In this document: one piece after another, positions 19,421 to 29,803 of the stretch
Position numbering within the stretch: the stretch's first letter is position 1
Layout: the number at the start of each line of letters is the position of its first letter
NCBI GenBank assembly: GCA_040386515.1
Contig: JAZKFG010000005.1
Location: 97,077 to 151,410, forward strand
Origin: Patescibacteria group bacterium
GTDB lineage: Bacteria; Patescibacteriota; Minisyncoccia; Phycocordibacterales; CAIZLB01
Direction of reading: 5' to 3'
Length of the DNA stretch: 54,334 nucleotides
Translations under genes and position numbers: made by a program
Notes under the pieces: generated by a model
What the model was told of the DNA's origin: nothing
What the model saw: the letters and a program-made list of their open reading frames with translations, nothing else
Databases searched by the model: none

Positions 19421-19464
19421 AAACTCCCGTGCGCGTTCCATTACGCGCACGGGGTTTATTTTTT
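19421..19464 (+). terminator. GC-rich terminator of cassette
   Basis: CCCGTGCGCGT-tccatt-ACGCGCACGGG then T-rich tail. Confidence 0.8.
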
Positions 19465-19516
19465 ATATAAAATATGGCATAGTGAAAAAGTCAAAACACC
19501 TCAACCCTCTGTAATC

Positions 19517-20110
19517 ATGAACCTATTGAAATACATTCTGCTTCTTCTTGTTCTTTCGACCTCTCGCGGCGAAACGACTTACCTCCGCTTCGATGACAAC
19601 TTTGCCAACAACTTCGCTCCGGAAGGAGGCACCAAAGAAGTCTCCAGAGTTACAGGATACACTGGCACAATAAGCAGTAGTTCCAAAAACTCAGTGACGA
19701 TTCAGTTTACTTCACCAGGGAAAAATTCCTTCGTGGTAAGCCTTGCTGCTCCAATAGGAAAAGATCTTGAAGTCACTGACTATCCTGATGCTAACAAACT
19801 TGGCAAAGGTACTATCAATTTCTTCGAGGAAAATAAACCATCTATTCCCAAAGAAGGATGGTTTAAAATTCTCGAGATTGAACGCGGACCCTTGGGTCAA
19901 ATCACTTCCCTTGCTGCAGAGTTTCAACACATCGGTAAGAGAGATGGATACGTTGTAGTAAACGGATCGCTACGGTTTAATTCTTCAGTACCACCCTACA
20001 TCGAGAATGAACCAATGTATATTGATTGGAAGACAATATGGATTGTTCTTCTAATTCTTGCAGGGCTTATATTTTGGCTCTATAGGATTTTGAAAATGAA
20101 GCGAAAATAG
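19517..20110 (+). CDS. Secreted, C-terminally anchored protein; paralog 2 of 3
   Basis: Start ATG 19517 (MNLLKYILLLLVL); SLAAP.G..LE...Y, GWFKILEIE, VNGSLRFNSSVP, TM + KMKRK. Confidence 0.75.
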   Translation: MNLLKYILLLLVLSTSRGETTYLRFDDNFANNFAPEGGTKEVSRVTGYTGTISSSSKNSVTIQFTSPGKNSFVVSLAAPIGKDLEVTDYPDANKLGKGTINFFEENKPSIPKEGWFKILEIERGPLGQITSLAAEFQHIGKRDGYVVVNGSLRFNSSVPPYIENEPMYIDWKTIWIVLLILAGLIFWLYRILKMKRK

Positions 20111-20130
20111 GTACCGCTTAATGTTCCTTT

Positions 20131-20170
20131 GTCTCCTGGATGTGCCTTTACGGCCGCCAGGGGGCTTTTT
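20131..20170 (+). terminator. Bulged GC-rich terminator
   Basis: CTCCTGG..GCC-tttac-GGC..CCAGGGG then T-run. Confidence 0.7.
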
Positions 20171-20178
20171 ATGTACTA

Positions 20179-20207
20179 TTGCTTTTATATTTGACTTATG
20201 GTATAAT
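20179..20207 (+). promoter_or_regulatory. Sigma70 promoter TTGCTT-N17-TATAAT (extended -10)
   Basis: ttgcttttatatttgacttatggtataat. Confidence 0.7.
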
Positions 20208-20255
20208 ATAGGAAGGTTAACTCAGACCTTTCACAACAATCCACCACTCTGACTT

Positions 20256-20807
20256 ATGACAACTCAGCTTTTCTCTGCCTTCTTCTTCCTGCTTTCCCTC
20301 TGTGGCGCCGCCAAGGCTACCACACTCTTGACCTTAGACAGTCAGACTCGTGACCTTTCCACCGGCCATGTTTTGGTTGCTGATTGGTTCGGGAGAGAGA
20401 TTCCAAAGAATACTTTGGATATTTATCTTCAGACTGACCAACAGTCGCTGACGGAATTGATTCTGGCGGCACCTTACGGTTTCGAACTCAAAGCAGGACT
20501 TTACACCGGCGCAGTGCAATACATTGCGCCCGCCGATTTGATTAACGATCAAATCACACTGCCTTCATTGGCATTGTGGATTGATGGCAAACCTATCCAG
20601 GTTGCAAAAGGATCCTCCTTCCAAGTTTTGGAAATTGAATGGGCTTCCAATGGTCGCCCACTACGTGCAGCTATCGACTTTCAAATTATTCAAGGAGCAG
20701 ATGCTCCTCTGAATGGAAGTCTTCGGTTCAATTCTACTGTCCCTGAACCTTCTGTTTCTCTTTTCTTCGTCGGCACAGTTCTACTGTCCCTTCGTCGGAA
20801 GCGCTAA
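20256..20807 (+). CDS. PEP-CTERM sorting-domain protein; paralog 3 of 3
   Basis: Signal peptide ending AKA; LAAP.G..L..G.Y.GA..Y, FQVLEIE, LNGSLRFNST-VPEPS-hydrophobic-RRKR. Confidence 0.85.
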   Translation: MTTQLFSAFFFLLSLCGAAKATTLLTLDSQTRDLSTGHVLVADWFGREIPKNTLDIYLQTDQQSLTELILAAPYGFELKAGLYTGAVQYIAPADLINDQITLPSLALWIDGKPIQVAKGSSFQVLEIEWASNGRPLRAAIDFQIIQGADAPLNGSLRFNSTVPEPSVSLFFVGTVLLSLRRKR

Positions 20808-20836
20808 TCACCGCATGTGATAAAAAACTCAAACGT

Positions 20837-20874
20837 CCCCTGCCTGCACATTGTGCTGGCGGGGGTTATTTTTT
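20837..20874 (+). terminator. Bulged GC-rich terminator
   Basis: CCCCTGCC-T-GCAC-att-GTGC-T-GGCGGGG then TTATTTTTT. Confidence 0.7.
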
Positions 20875-20911
20875 GCAAAACTTTTCTCCATATACTAGAG
20901 TACTCATATAC

Positions 20912-21727
20912 ATGCAGAAGTTTCTCATCCTCCTTCATACATATTACGTGCAAAACAAAAGAGAGTCTTTACCGTGGAGAAAAACCAAAGACACATATCA
21001 CATTCTTTTGTCTGAAATAATGCTTCAGCAAACTCAAGTTTCAAGAGTGCTTGTAAAGTATGATGAATTTTTAAAAAGATTTCCAACAGTGCAGAGCCTA
21101 GCCTCTGCCCCACTTCGTGACGTCCTCACGCTTTGGCAAGGACTAGGATATAACAGACGAGCAAAGTTTTTACACGAAGCAAGTAAAATATTAAACACTG
21201 CAACAAAAAAAGATTTAGCAGATTATACATTTCTCAAATCGCTTCCTGGAGTTGGACAATCTACTGCCGGAGCGGTTTTAGTATTTACACAAAACAAGCC
21301 AATTGTATTTATCGAAACAAATATTCGTGCAGTACTCATGCATCACTTTTTTAAAGACAGTGAAAAAGTATCTGATAAAGAAATCGCCACAGTACTGGAG
21401 AAGTTATTAAATAACCTAGGAGATAAATTTACTCCTAGAGAGTTTTACTATGCACTCTACGATTATGGTACACATTTAAAAAATACATTAGGCAAAGAGA
21501 AAAAAGCTTTGCACACCAAAAGTAAGCATTACGTTAAACAAAGTACGTTCACAGGATCAAGACGTCAGCTTCGTGCATTTATTTTAAAAACATTTTTGGA
21601 AATGAAAGACAGTAAAAAATTAGCACAGAAAGTGAAGAACACCTTACCTACACCCTTACACAAATATACCCCTCAAGATATTGAAGGGCTTATTCGTGAT
21701 TTGAAAAATGAAGGTTTTTTTGAGTAA
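20912..21727 (+). CDS. mutY: A/G-specific adenine glycosylase, short Fe-S-less MutY type
   Basis: LPWR, SEIMLQQTQV, WQGLGYNRRA, LPGVG..TA, IETNI; no C-terminal Cys cluster; start ATG 20912. Confidence 0.85.
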   Translation: MQKFLILLHTYYVQNKRESLPWRKTKDTYHILLSEIMLQQTQVSRVLVKYDEFLKRFPTVQSLASAPLRDVLTLWQGLGYNRRAKFLHEASKILNTATKKDLADYTFLKSLPGVGQSTAGAVLVFTQNKPIVFIETNIRAVLMHHFFKDSEKVSDKEIATVLEKLLNNLGDKFTPREFYYALYDYGTHLKNTLGKEKKALHTKSKHYVKQSTFTGSRRQLRAFILKTFLEMKDSKKLAQKVKNTLPTPLHKYTPQDIEGLIRDLKNEGFFE

Positions 21728-21729
21728 TA

Positions 21730-24700
21730 TTACTCCACCCCAAACTTTGTCTTAATAAACTGTTTCGTCAGCGGACCAAAGAATCCAACAGAAGGATATA
21801 TCTTGTAATACTTCTGGAATCTGATTAATGCATTCTTTGTAGCAGGACCGAATAGAGTTGTTTCCTTTCCTTTAGATCCAGCTCCAGATTTAGCAACGGT
21901 GAATCCTTGTCTGTTTAAGAATTGTTGTAATGCAAGTACATCATTTCCTTTTGCATTTGCTTTAAGATCTCTTGGAAAGAGAATACCTGATGAAGTTGTA
22001 GTATTAGATGATGTAGGAGTTTGAACTGCAACGTATGTAATCACACAAGTCTTAGTTTCTGCATTACATGTGTACACTGGCACAGTTGTCTCCGTTGATG
22101 ATGCAGTTGTTGGAGCAACATATGGAGTACCACTTGTACTTCCGCCACCTCCACCGCTGCTTCTGGTAGGGGTTGGGGTTACTGGAGTTGCTGCAGGCAC
22201 AAATGTTTTCTCTGTAGAAGTTGCTGAATAAGTTAGCGTAGTACTTGCACCATATGCCTGAACGGTATAGTAATATGTTTGCCCAAGTGTAAGTCCTGTT
22301 AATGTTGTAGACAGTGTATTGCCTGCATCAACTGTAGCTGTATAATTTCCTGATGTGGTTCCATATCTTACATTGTATCCAGCAATCTCAGATGTTCCAG
22401 TTGGAATCGCATCGAAAGTTGCTAAATTATCCCAAGAAATTGTTGCGCCAGTTTCTGTTGCAACTGCATTTGTATTTTTAGGACTGATTAATGATAATGC
22501 CCAGAGTCGTGACATTATTGTATATCCTGTTGGAGTCGGATGAATTGGCGGAGTGTCTATATACAATTCAGGGTGTTCGAAGAAGTACGAGTTGAAGTTA
22601 GGACCGGCTCCATATCCCCCGCTCGTAACTAAGTTCTTCAAAGGCTGTATATAGGTCTGCACGTCAGGACGAGATCCTGCATACAATGGCAGTCCGAGAT
22701 ATATCGATGAAGCTGGTGCACCAAAATTATTTTTAATATTTGTTGCAATAGTATTTATATTGGCAACCAGTGTTGTAGTAGAGGTGTTATCATTTGTACC
22801 AAGCAGGACAAACCATTTATTTGGATGCAAAGAATTAATTCGGGCATTCCATGTTGTACTTGCCATTGGACTTGAACCATACCCTGCTGCTGTATATCCA
22901 CCGTATCCTTCATTTAAAATAAATACAGGATAATTATTATATGCAGTTAACTCGTTGTTAAGTTCTGGCATCCAACTTTTAAAATACTGTGGCTGTTGCA
23001 TTGACCACTGACAATAGTTTCTTCCGTCAGATGATACAGTTCCAGGGAGCGCTTGTGTCCAATCAGTTAATTCGCCTGATGCAATACAACTTGAACTTGC
23101 AATACCACCTGCACCTTTTGTGATTGAGTCACCGATTGCAATATAAATATCTCCAATACCAATATTGGTTGCCTGATCGTGATTAGAAGCACCAGCAACA
23201 ATGTTATTACCACTATCAACTACATATGCATCAAGCACATATGTCCCCTTTGCAAGGCTTGTAAATGCATAGTTATACGGTGCCGCCATATCATATCCAA
23301 CTCGCTCTGTAGACAAACCTTGATTCAAGACAAATTTTACTCCACCTCCAACAGGCGTTGATGATGCCTCAATTCCAGCAGATACATTTAAAGTTGTACT
23401 TGTTTGAATATACGGAATATATACAGTATTTCCTTTTTGATCTGAATATGAAATCGTGGCAACTGAACTACTTGCCGCCACACTTCGTGCAGGCGATGTG
23501 ATTCGAAGTGCCGAAGTCTGTGGAGTAATAAGAGCGTTGATCATATTGCTTTCTACTTTCTGTCTATCAGAATCTGAAAGCACTCCATTGTAGACAATAA
23601 ATTCAGAAATAGTTCCTTTGTAAAAGAAATTACTTAAAAGAGTAACATTACTTCCTATAACAAAAGTTCCGCTCACTGTATTTGAACCTGCATTTCCTGA
23701 AACAACATTTACTCCATTCACATACATTTCTGAATTTGCAGAATTAAATACCATAGAAGAAACTTCTGTAGCGTGTGGCGTTACCCGAGTTGTTGGAGTC
23801 AAAAATGTTCCAGCATACATTCCTGCATTGCCTCCAGGGACACTGTCTGCACCATTATATTGAAACAAGGCTCGATTTGGAGTTATACCCATTTCAAATA
23901 GTCTTGAATTTATTTGTGTCTGTACATCTGCAGTGTTGGTAAGCACAACTGTAAATGGTTGATTAATTGATGCACTCATTGAGCCCGCCAAATAATGATT
24001 AGATCCATTGAAATTAATTGCCGCTCTGCCAGTACTGCCAGAAGTAATAAGTGAACCATTAGTTACAATTGCAGGCTGAACCGATGTTGTTGCCTGTTGC
24101 ATATTAAGTGCATTACCAGATTGGTCATACCATACTTTTACAACTGCATTTACTCCTGATACAAAATCCGAAAGCACAGTCGATGTTGATACTCCAGATG
24201 TGACTGTCACAGGTGAAGAACTTGAAAGATATCCTGAAGCATCTGCATATACATCTGCTTCGTCATTTCCGGTTCTTCGAATTTTTATAAGCGGTCCAAC
24301 ATATGATGGAACAAGCTGTCGAAGTCCATACGCGTATTTTGCATTTGATACACCTAAAGCAGTTGACGATGTTGGACATGCTCCAGTTGTAAATGTAGTG
24401 TCAGAAGAAGTTGCTGTGCCAACACCATTAATAGCAAAAGCTTGGGCATGGTAGAGCGTATTGCACGTAAGGCCAGTAGCAGTCAGTGAAAAAGACCCTG
24501 TGCTAAATGTTCCAGTGGCAGTTATGGTAGATCCGTATGCTGTTGTGGTACCAAAATTAAAACCTCTCGTACTAGCAATAGTGGTTGCCCCACCACCTGT
24601 ATTTGTAATACTTCCATTTAATACTGCAGACGAATCAAGAAGCGAAGATGCAGATTGAATAGTTACTGTTGGGGTAGTTGTAGCTACTTCAACTACATAA

Positions 24701-25593
24701 TAATCTCTTTCATCGAATTCAACTATTTGTCGATTGGCATCTGTTAGCGCACTGTCATAAATAAGTATTTCAGAAATTGCGCCTTTAAAGAGGAAGTTTG
24801 TACTTGTTCCCACATTATATGCATTTCCAATATAAACTCCCCCGTTAACCACGTTAGTTCCTGTGCCACCTGTTGCTGTACTATTTCCATTTACCCAAAG
24901 TTGTGACAATGGTGTTGCAAATAGCATAGTCATAACTCGAGTTGACCATGTAAGCTGTATCGAACTAGAAAGAAATGTTCCTGCATACATTCCTGAAGCT
25001 GGCTGATATAGCGCACGATTTGGATTATTTCCAATTTCTATCATACGAGCAGACGCATTACCTTGTATAATAGATGAAGTAGAAACTGTAAAAATTGTAA
25101 ATGGCTGTGACATCGTTATGGTCGATGTAGATTCCAGATAGCTACTTGATCCATTAAAATATATCTGTGGTCGTTGGTTAGGACCTGTAGTTAGAATTAC
25201 CCCTGACGCAATAATTGAAGGCTGGGCCGTAGTTGACGCTTGCGAAACATCCGATGTCCCAATTTGGTCATACCATATACTAACTACAGCGTTTGTAGTT
25301 GATGTAGCAAATTGAGAAAGTATTGTTGAAGTTGCAGTTCCAGATACAACCGTTATTGGTGAGGAAGATGAAAAGTTTCCCTGAGCATCAGGATACACAT
25401 CTGCTTGGTCATTCCCTGTTCTTCTAATTCGAACGAGGGGATTTGTATACGATGCTTTTACCTTTCGGAGACTGTACGCATGCGTTGCTCCAGAAACTGT
25501 GTCTGTGACAGCCGCATCAGTTGGTTTGTAAAATATTCCACAGAGAGTAATTGCAAATATACCTATAAGGATTTTATGAGTTCTAGATATCAT
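21730..25593 (-). CDS. Large surface protein: two ConA/arabinofuranosidase-B-like lectin domains, SGNH hydrolase, FN3, peptidoglycan-binding domain
   Basis: Duplicated AY.LR....Y..PL..IRR.GND.ADVY...WYDQ; GDSIT, NEGYGG, LGTND, IHPT; GYNVRYGTTSG.Y FN3; C-terminal GNDVLALQQFLN...FFGPLT. Confidence 0.8.
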   Translation of the reverse strand: MISRTHKILIGIFAITLCGIFYKPTDAAVTDTVSGATHAYSLRKVKASYTNPLVRIRRTGNDQADVYPDAQGNFSSSSPITVVSGTATSTILSQFATSTTNAVVSIWYDQIGTSDVSQASTTAQPSIIASGVILTTGPNQRPQIYFNGSSSYLESTSTITMSQPFTIFTVSTSSIIQGNASARMIEIGNNPNRALYQPASGMYAGTFLSSSIQLTWSTRVMTMLFATPLSQLWVNGNSTATGGTGTNVVNGGVYIGNAYNVGTSTNFLFKGAISEILIYDSALTDANRQIVEFDERDYYVVEVATTTPTVTIQSASSLLDSSAVLNGSITNTGGGATTIASTRGFNFGTTTAYGSTITATGTFSTGSFSLTATGLTCNTLYHAQAFAINGVGTATSSDTTFTTGACPTSSTALGVSNAKYAYGLRQLVPSYVGPLIKIRRTGNDEADVYADASGYLSSSSPVTVTSGVSTSTVLSDFVSGVNAVVKVWYDQSGNALNMQQATTSVQPAIVTNGSLITSGSTGRAAINFNGSNHYLAGSMSASINQPFTVVLTNTADVQTQINSRLFEMGITPNRALFQYNGADSVPGGNAGMYAGTFLTPTTRVTPHATEVSSMVFNSANSEMYVNGVNVVSGNAGSNTVSGTFVIGSNVTLLSNFFYKGTISEFIVYNGVLSDSDRQKVESNMINALITPQTSALRITSPARSVAASSSVATISYSDQKGNTVYIPYIQTSTTLNVSAGIEASSTPVGGGVKFVLNQGLSTERVGYDMAAPYNYAFTSLAKGTYVLDAYVVDSGNNIVAGASNHDQATNIGIGDIYIAIGDSITKGAGGIASSSCIASGELTDWTQALPGTVSSDGRNYCQWSMQQPQYFKSWMPELNNELTAYNNYPVFILNEGYGGYTAAGYGSSPMASTTWNARINSLHPNKWFVLLGTNDNTSTTTLVANINTIATNIKNNFGAPASSIYLGLPLYAGSRPDVQTYIQPLKNLVTSGGYGAGPNFNSYFFEHPELYIDTPPIHPTPTGYTIMSRLWALSLISPKNTNAVATETGATISWDNLATFDAIPTGTSEIAGYNVRYGTTSGNYTATVDAGNTLSTTLTGLTLGQTYYYTVQAYGASTTLTYSATSTEKTFVPAATPVTPTPTRSSGGGGGSTSGTPYVAPTTASSTETTVPVYTCNAETKTCVITYVAVQTPTSSNTTTSSGILFPRDLKANAKGNDVLALQQFLNRQGFTVAKSGAGSKGKETTLFGPATKNALIRFQKYYKIYPSVGFFGPLTKQFIKTKFGVE

Positions 25594-25724
25594 ACTTGTA
25601 TTATATATTATTTAACGAATAATAGACGAGAAAAGAGAAACGAAACACATTCGTTGAGAGTTAAGAATTGATTGAGATAATTCTTCTTTAACTTCTAATA
25701 TAGAAAATAAAGAGATAGGCCCTT

Positions 25725-25753
25725 AGTATAGAATGTTTTTCTGCGAGATGCAA
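25725..25753 (-). promoter_or_regulatory. Promoter TTGCAT-N17-TATACT, identical copy 1
   Basis: 29-bp exact repeat AGTATAGAATGTTTTTCTGCGAGATGCAA, also at 29804-29832. Confidence 0.75.
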
Positions 25754-25800
25754 CAAAACAACCCCTCATTTTACTGAAGGGTTGTATGCATTTTAGAAAA

Positions 25801-28800
25801 TTACTGAACTCCAAACTTCGTCTTAATAAACTGTTTCGTCAGCGGACCAAAGAATCCCACAGATGGATATATCTTGTAATACTTTTGGAACCTGATTAAT
25901 GCATTTTTAGTAGCAGGACCAAAGAGTGTTGTTTCTTTACCTTTAGATCCAGCTCCAGATTTAGCTACTGTAAATCCTTGTCGGTTAAGGAATTGTTGAA
26001 GTGCAAGTACATCATTTCCTTTTACTCCTAACTTAAGGTCTCGAGTAAACATCACTGATCCTGAAGGAGAGGAGGTGGCTGGGGTTTGAACTGCAACATA
26101 CGTAATCACACATGTTTTAGTTTCTGCATTACATGTATACACTGGCACCATTGTTTGAGTTAATGATGCAGTTGTTGGTGCAACATATGGAGTACCACTT
26201 GTACTTCCGCCTCCTCCACCTGAGTAGCTAACAGATGTTGCTGGTGTAGTTATAGGTGTTGCAGATGTTACAAATGACTGCTCATCTGACGAGGCGCTAT
26301 TTGAAGATGCGTCGCCGGACCCAACTACATAATAGTATCGCGTTCCCGGAGCGAGACCCGTTAGCATAACGGTATGCGTCGCGACAAACGTCAGATCAGA
26401 CGTAGTTGCCATATACATATTTAGTCCTGACACCGTTCCATATGCAGTTCTCGAGGTTGCTACCTCATTTGTATCCCACGTAATCGTTACAGAAGTCCCT
26501 GTGGGAGTAGCGACAACATTTGAAATGACTGGTGGCGTCTGATCGAGCGTGATTGCCTTATCAAAAGATACGAGCCAGTTAGATAAATCATTCCCATACA
26601 ATGATGGTGCGGTATCGCTGTCTCGAATATTACCTCGAGCAGATCCTGATATGTGTGCGCCAGGAGTTGCGCCAGGAGTTCCTGTGTATGCATATCGAAG
26701 CCTTTGATTTGAACCTGTAGGCACGCCGCTTAGAGTAACCTTTACTATATCGGTTCCGAGCAATTCGACGCTTGAGATGGTAGCGCTTGAAGTGGTATCA
26801 AAATATTCAAAACCAAAATTAACTTTTACGTCTACTTTTGTCGTATCGATTACAAGCGATCCTACCGGCACATTCATGCGCGCATAAATAACATTTCCAT
26901 TTCTCGTAATTGCTTTCGGACTCAACGGCACCCAAGGCTGATTATCAATCAAAACTTTTTTCATAACCTTTGCGTAATATTCTCCGAGCCATCGATAACT
27001 TGTGTTTATTAAGTGAGCCTGTGAACCTGTTGTATCGTAATTGAAAATATATTTCGGTGTTACCATATACATTCGTGTTGGGAATGATTCAGAGGCAGCA
27101 AGCTGAGCAGATGGAATTGCACTTGTTGCCTGATTGTATCCAGTAAATGACATCATTTGATCGGTAAACATAGGGATATCTGTACTTTGTCCAGTGATAG
27201 CTTTTATATCAGTGTTGTAATCACTCTGGAGTTGCAAAATGTCTGCAGCATATGTGTTTGCACCTCCTGCTGCAATTAAGTTATGATCTGCTTCTCCATG
27301 AATAAGAACTGTTCCGAGAACACTGTATGGTTCTCCAAGTGCAGCTGTTGAATTTTTCACAGAAGTAATATGTGCAAGACTATTTGCATATGTTGTTGCA
27401 CTTCCATTTTTCTTAATCACACTGTATGCTCCGCCGTTAAATCCACTTCTACTTAATACAAACGATGTATCAGGCACTCCGCCTATAAGAGATGTCATAG
27501 AGTTAGCGAGCGCGCTGTTAATAGTTTCTGTCGGAGTAGTTGATGAAGTTAAGTTAATTGAGTCTTCCATAAGTGGAATGAGAGATCCTCCGCTTGGCAT
27601 AACGTTATTATACGGTTGAGTCACTGTTAGAGCTGGAGCACCGAATGCACCGAGAGACAAACTTTGTCCTGTTACTGCAATAGAATAATATGGCGAGTTT
27701 TGAGGAGTAGTTGAAGCAAGATTTGAAACCGATGAGGTTCCCACTCCGTTTACCGCTGTTACTCTAAAGTTATAATTCGTGCCATTTGTAAGACCTGTAA
27801 CTAAAGTTGTCGTTGCAGCCGATGTTCCGTCTGCATATACACTATATGATCCTGCTCCTGATTTGTATTCGATAATATAATCGGTAATAGTTGAGTTAAT
27901 ACTATTTGGTTCAGTCCAACTTAATAATGCTTTTCCATTTCCTCGCACTGCTGTTACATTATTAATAGCTGAAGGAATTGTTCCTGTCATGTTTGCCCCA
28001 CTTACCATAACATTATCAACTGATGTTATTCTGCTTATCGAATTAGCATTTGATGTCATAACAAAAACTTTTTTGTTATCAAATGTTCCGCCAGCAATTG
28101 TGTTTGTTGCACTAGCCAACATATCGACATTATCTCCAACATCGTCAAAGTCACCATCATTATTTACATCTTGATACACTTTAAAAGTTACGCCTGATGT
28201 ATTGCCAGGAAGAATTTGTACTTTATACAGCTTGTTCGCGACATAACTTACGCCAGTATCATATGTCGTGCTCGCATACACTCCTGCATTCGAATAAAAC
28301 AAATAGATGCGTCCGTTGTTGAAGAAGTTCAAGAAATACGCTGAGCCTGTTCCACCTTCAGCTGCAAACCAGTTATAATCTCCCCAACCAATAGCATTGT
28401 TTTGGGTCGTATTATTTACCTTTGTAATAACTTCTACTGTAAGGTTTGTGCCTCGAGCATATGAAGATTTAGTCTCAATACCATCTGTCCATGCACCTGC
28501 TGAGGCATTTCCAATTGCCGCAAAGCCGTTTAACACATTTACATTGCTACCCAAATCATGTTTGGTCCATACCGTTAAATCAAGCGCCGAGCCTGGAAAT
28601 TGATCGTTAAGCTGCTGAGAAATAATAGTTGATGTCGCAGAAGAGGATCCTGTTCCTATTGCGTTTACCGCCGCAACCCTGAAGTCATATGCTGTTCCAT
28701 TTATAAGATTAGAAACTGTTGCAAATGTATTTGTATTTACCCCATCATTTGCAGTTGTCCATGTAGAACTTGCAGTTGCTTTATAATCAACAATATAATC

Positions 28801-29661
28801 TGTGATTGCTGAATTTCCATCAGCTGGAGCCGTCCATGACAATCGAACCGCTGTGCTTGAAGCAGTTCCATTCACACTGGTCGGAACACTTGGCGGAGTT
28901 GAACTTGCAATTACAGTTAACGGATATTCCAAACCTGCTCCAGAGTTATATAGAGACGTTCGTTCACCTGAAGATAAAACTCTTTTCCAAAATCCAACAG
29001 CATCAACTCTTCCCTGCATGAATCCTGTTGATCCTGCATTTACAGAACCAACAAGAAATGCAGTTGTTGAGTCAAACACACCCGCTGTAACAGATGCACT
29101 ATCAACCGTACCATTGTTAACCTGGATATTAACAGTATCGTTTACTGAATCATGCCATGCAGTGACAAAGTACCATGTGTTAAGCGAAGGTGATCCGAAA
29201 CTGTTTGCAAATAAATTCCCTTCTACAGTTGTTCCATCAGAACTTGTTGTAAATGAGAACCTGTCAGAACTTGAAATGTAAATCAAGTCATATTCTCTTC
29301 CACTTCCGACAGAGGAATTCCATTTTGAAACAATTGCTCTGTTTGCAGTTTTATCAGTTAAATATACCCAACCTGAAATAGTGAAATCAATATTACCTGA
29401 ACTGAGGGCGGTATTGTCTGTAATTGATAAATAGTTTGCACCCGTAAAAAGTGCAGCGTTGCTGATAATACCTGCTGCGGAAGAAACCGTTCCTCCCTGT
29501 TCTGTCAGAGTGTTTGAGCCTATAGAACTTGCACGCGATCCGCTCGTTTCATTAAGATTCCAAAAACCCATAAGGTTATCAGTCAGAGCAGCATGCGTTA
29601 ATAATGGCGTGCAGAGAAAAAGCACAGTGCACATGAAAAGATATTTTGCTTTAGAGAACAT
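25801..29661 (-). CDS. Large surface protein: LamG, FN3 repeats, SASA/SGNH-like esterase, peptidoglycan-binding domain
   Basis: Signal peptide, LamG (GFWNLNE, DFTISGWV, WYFV), FN3 (LSWTAP...ITDY.V.YK), TGQSLS/HGEAD/AHL esterase motifs, C-terminus nearly identical to the 21730 protein. Confidence 0.8.
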   Translation of the reverse strand: MFSKAKYLFMCTVLFLCTPLLTHAALTDNLMGFWNLNETSGSRASSIGSNTLTEQGGTVSSAAGIISNAALFTGANYLSITDNTALSSGNIDFTISGWVYLTDKTANRAIVSKWNSSVGSGREYDLIYISSSDRFSFTTSSDGTTVEGNLFANSFGSPSLNTWYFVTAWHDSVNDTVNIQVNNGTVDSASVTAGVFDSTTAFLVGSVNAGSTGFMQGRVDAVGFWKRVLSSGERTSLYNSGAGLEYPLTVIASSTPPSVPTSVNGTASSTAVRLSWTAPADGNSAITDYIVDYKATASSTWTTANDGVNTNTFATVSNLINGTAYDFRVAAVNAIGTGSSSATSTIISQQLNDQFPGSALDLTVWTKHDLGSNVNVLNGFAAIGNASAGAWTDGIETKSSYARGTNLTVEVITKVNNTTQNNAIGWGDYNWFAAEGGTGSAYFLNFFNNGRIYLFYSNAGVYASTTYDTGVSYVANKLYKVQILPGNTSGVTFKVYQDVNNDGDFDDVGDNVDMLASATNTIAGGTFDNKKVFVMTSNANSISRITSVDNVMVSGANMTGTIPSAINNVTAVRGNGKALLSWTEPNSINSTITDYIIEYKSGAGSYSVYADGTSAATTTLVTGLTNGTNYNFRVTAVNGVGTSSVSNLASTTPQNSPYYSIAVTGQSLSLGAFGAPALTVTQPYNNVMPSGGSLIPLMEDSINLTSSTTPTETINSALANSMTSLIGGVPDTSFVLSRSGFNGGAYSVIKKNGSATTYANSLAHITSVKNSTAALGEPYSVLGTVLIHGEADHNLIAAGGANTYAADILQLQSDYNTDIKAITGQSTDIPMFTDQMMSFTGYNQATSAIPSAQLAASESFPTRMYMVTPKYIFNYDTTGSQAHLINTSYRWLGEYYAKVMKKVLIDNQPWVPLSPKAITRNGNVIYARMNVPVGSLVIDTTKVDVKVNFGFEYFDTTSSATISSVELLGTDIVKVTLSGVPTGSNQRLRYAYTGTPGATPGAHISGSARGNIRDSDTAPSLYGNDLSNWLVSFDKAITLDQTPPVISNVVATPTGTSVTITWDTNEVATSRTAYGTVSGLNMYMATTSDLTFVATHTVMLTGLAPGTRYYYVVGSGDASSNSASSDEQSFVTSATPITTPATSVSYSGGGGGSTSGTPYVAPTTASLTQTMVPVYTCNAETKTCVITYVAVQTPATSSPSGSVMFTRDLKLGVKGNDVLALQQFLNRQGFTVAKSGAGSKGKETTLFGPATKNALIRFQKYYKIYPSVGFFGPLTKQFIKTKFGVQ

Positions 29662-29803
29662 AATGTAATTATATAGTATTTAGTTATTATTGAATAAGAA
29701 ATTAAAACCTGGAGAGTTGCACAAACAAATTTATATTCAAACACCGGCTGGATTGTATACCTTCTATACTGCAAGTATGCAGTAATTCAGTAGCAAGATT
29801 TTA

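Noticed and set aside
18770-20874. Classical integron attC sites between tandem genes
   Set aside because: The hairpins lack RYYYAAC/GTTRRRY ends, have U-tracts like terminators, and genes carry their own promoter-like sequences.
21730-26220. DGR template/variable repeat pair in the near-identical C-termini
   Set aside because: Differences are mostly synonymous third-position changes, not adenine-specific; both copies are coding; no reverse transcriptase in the window.
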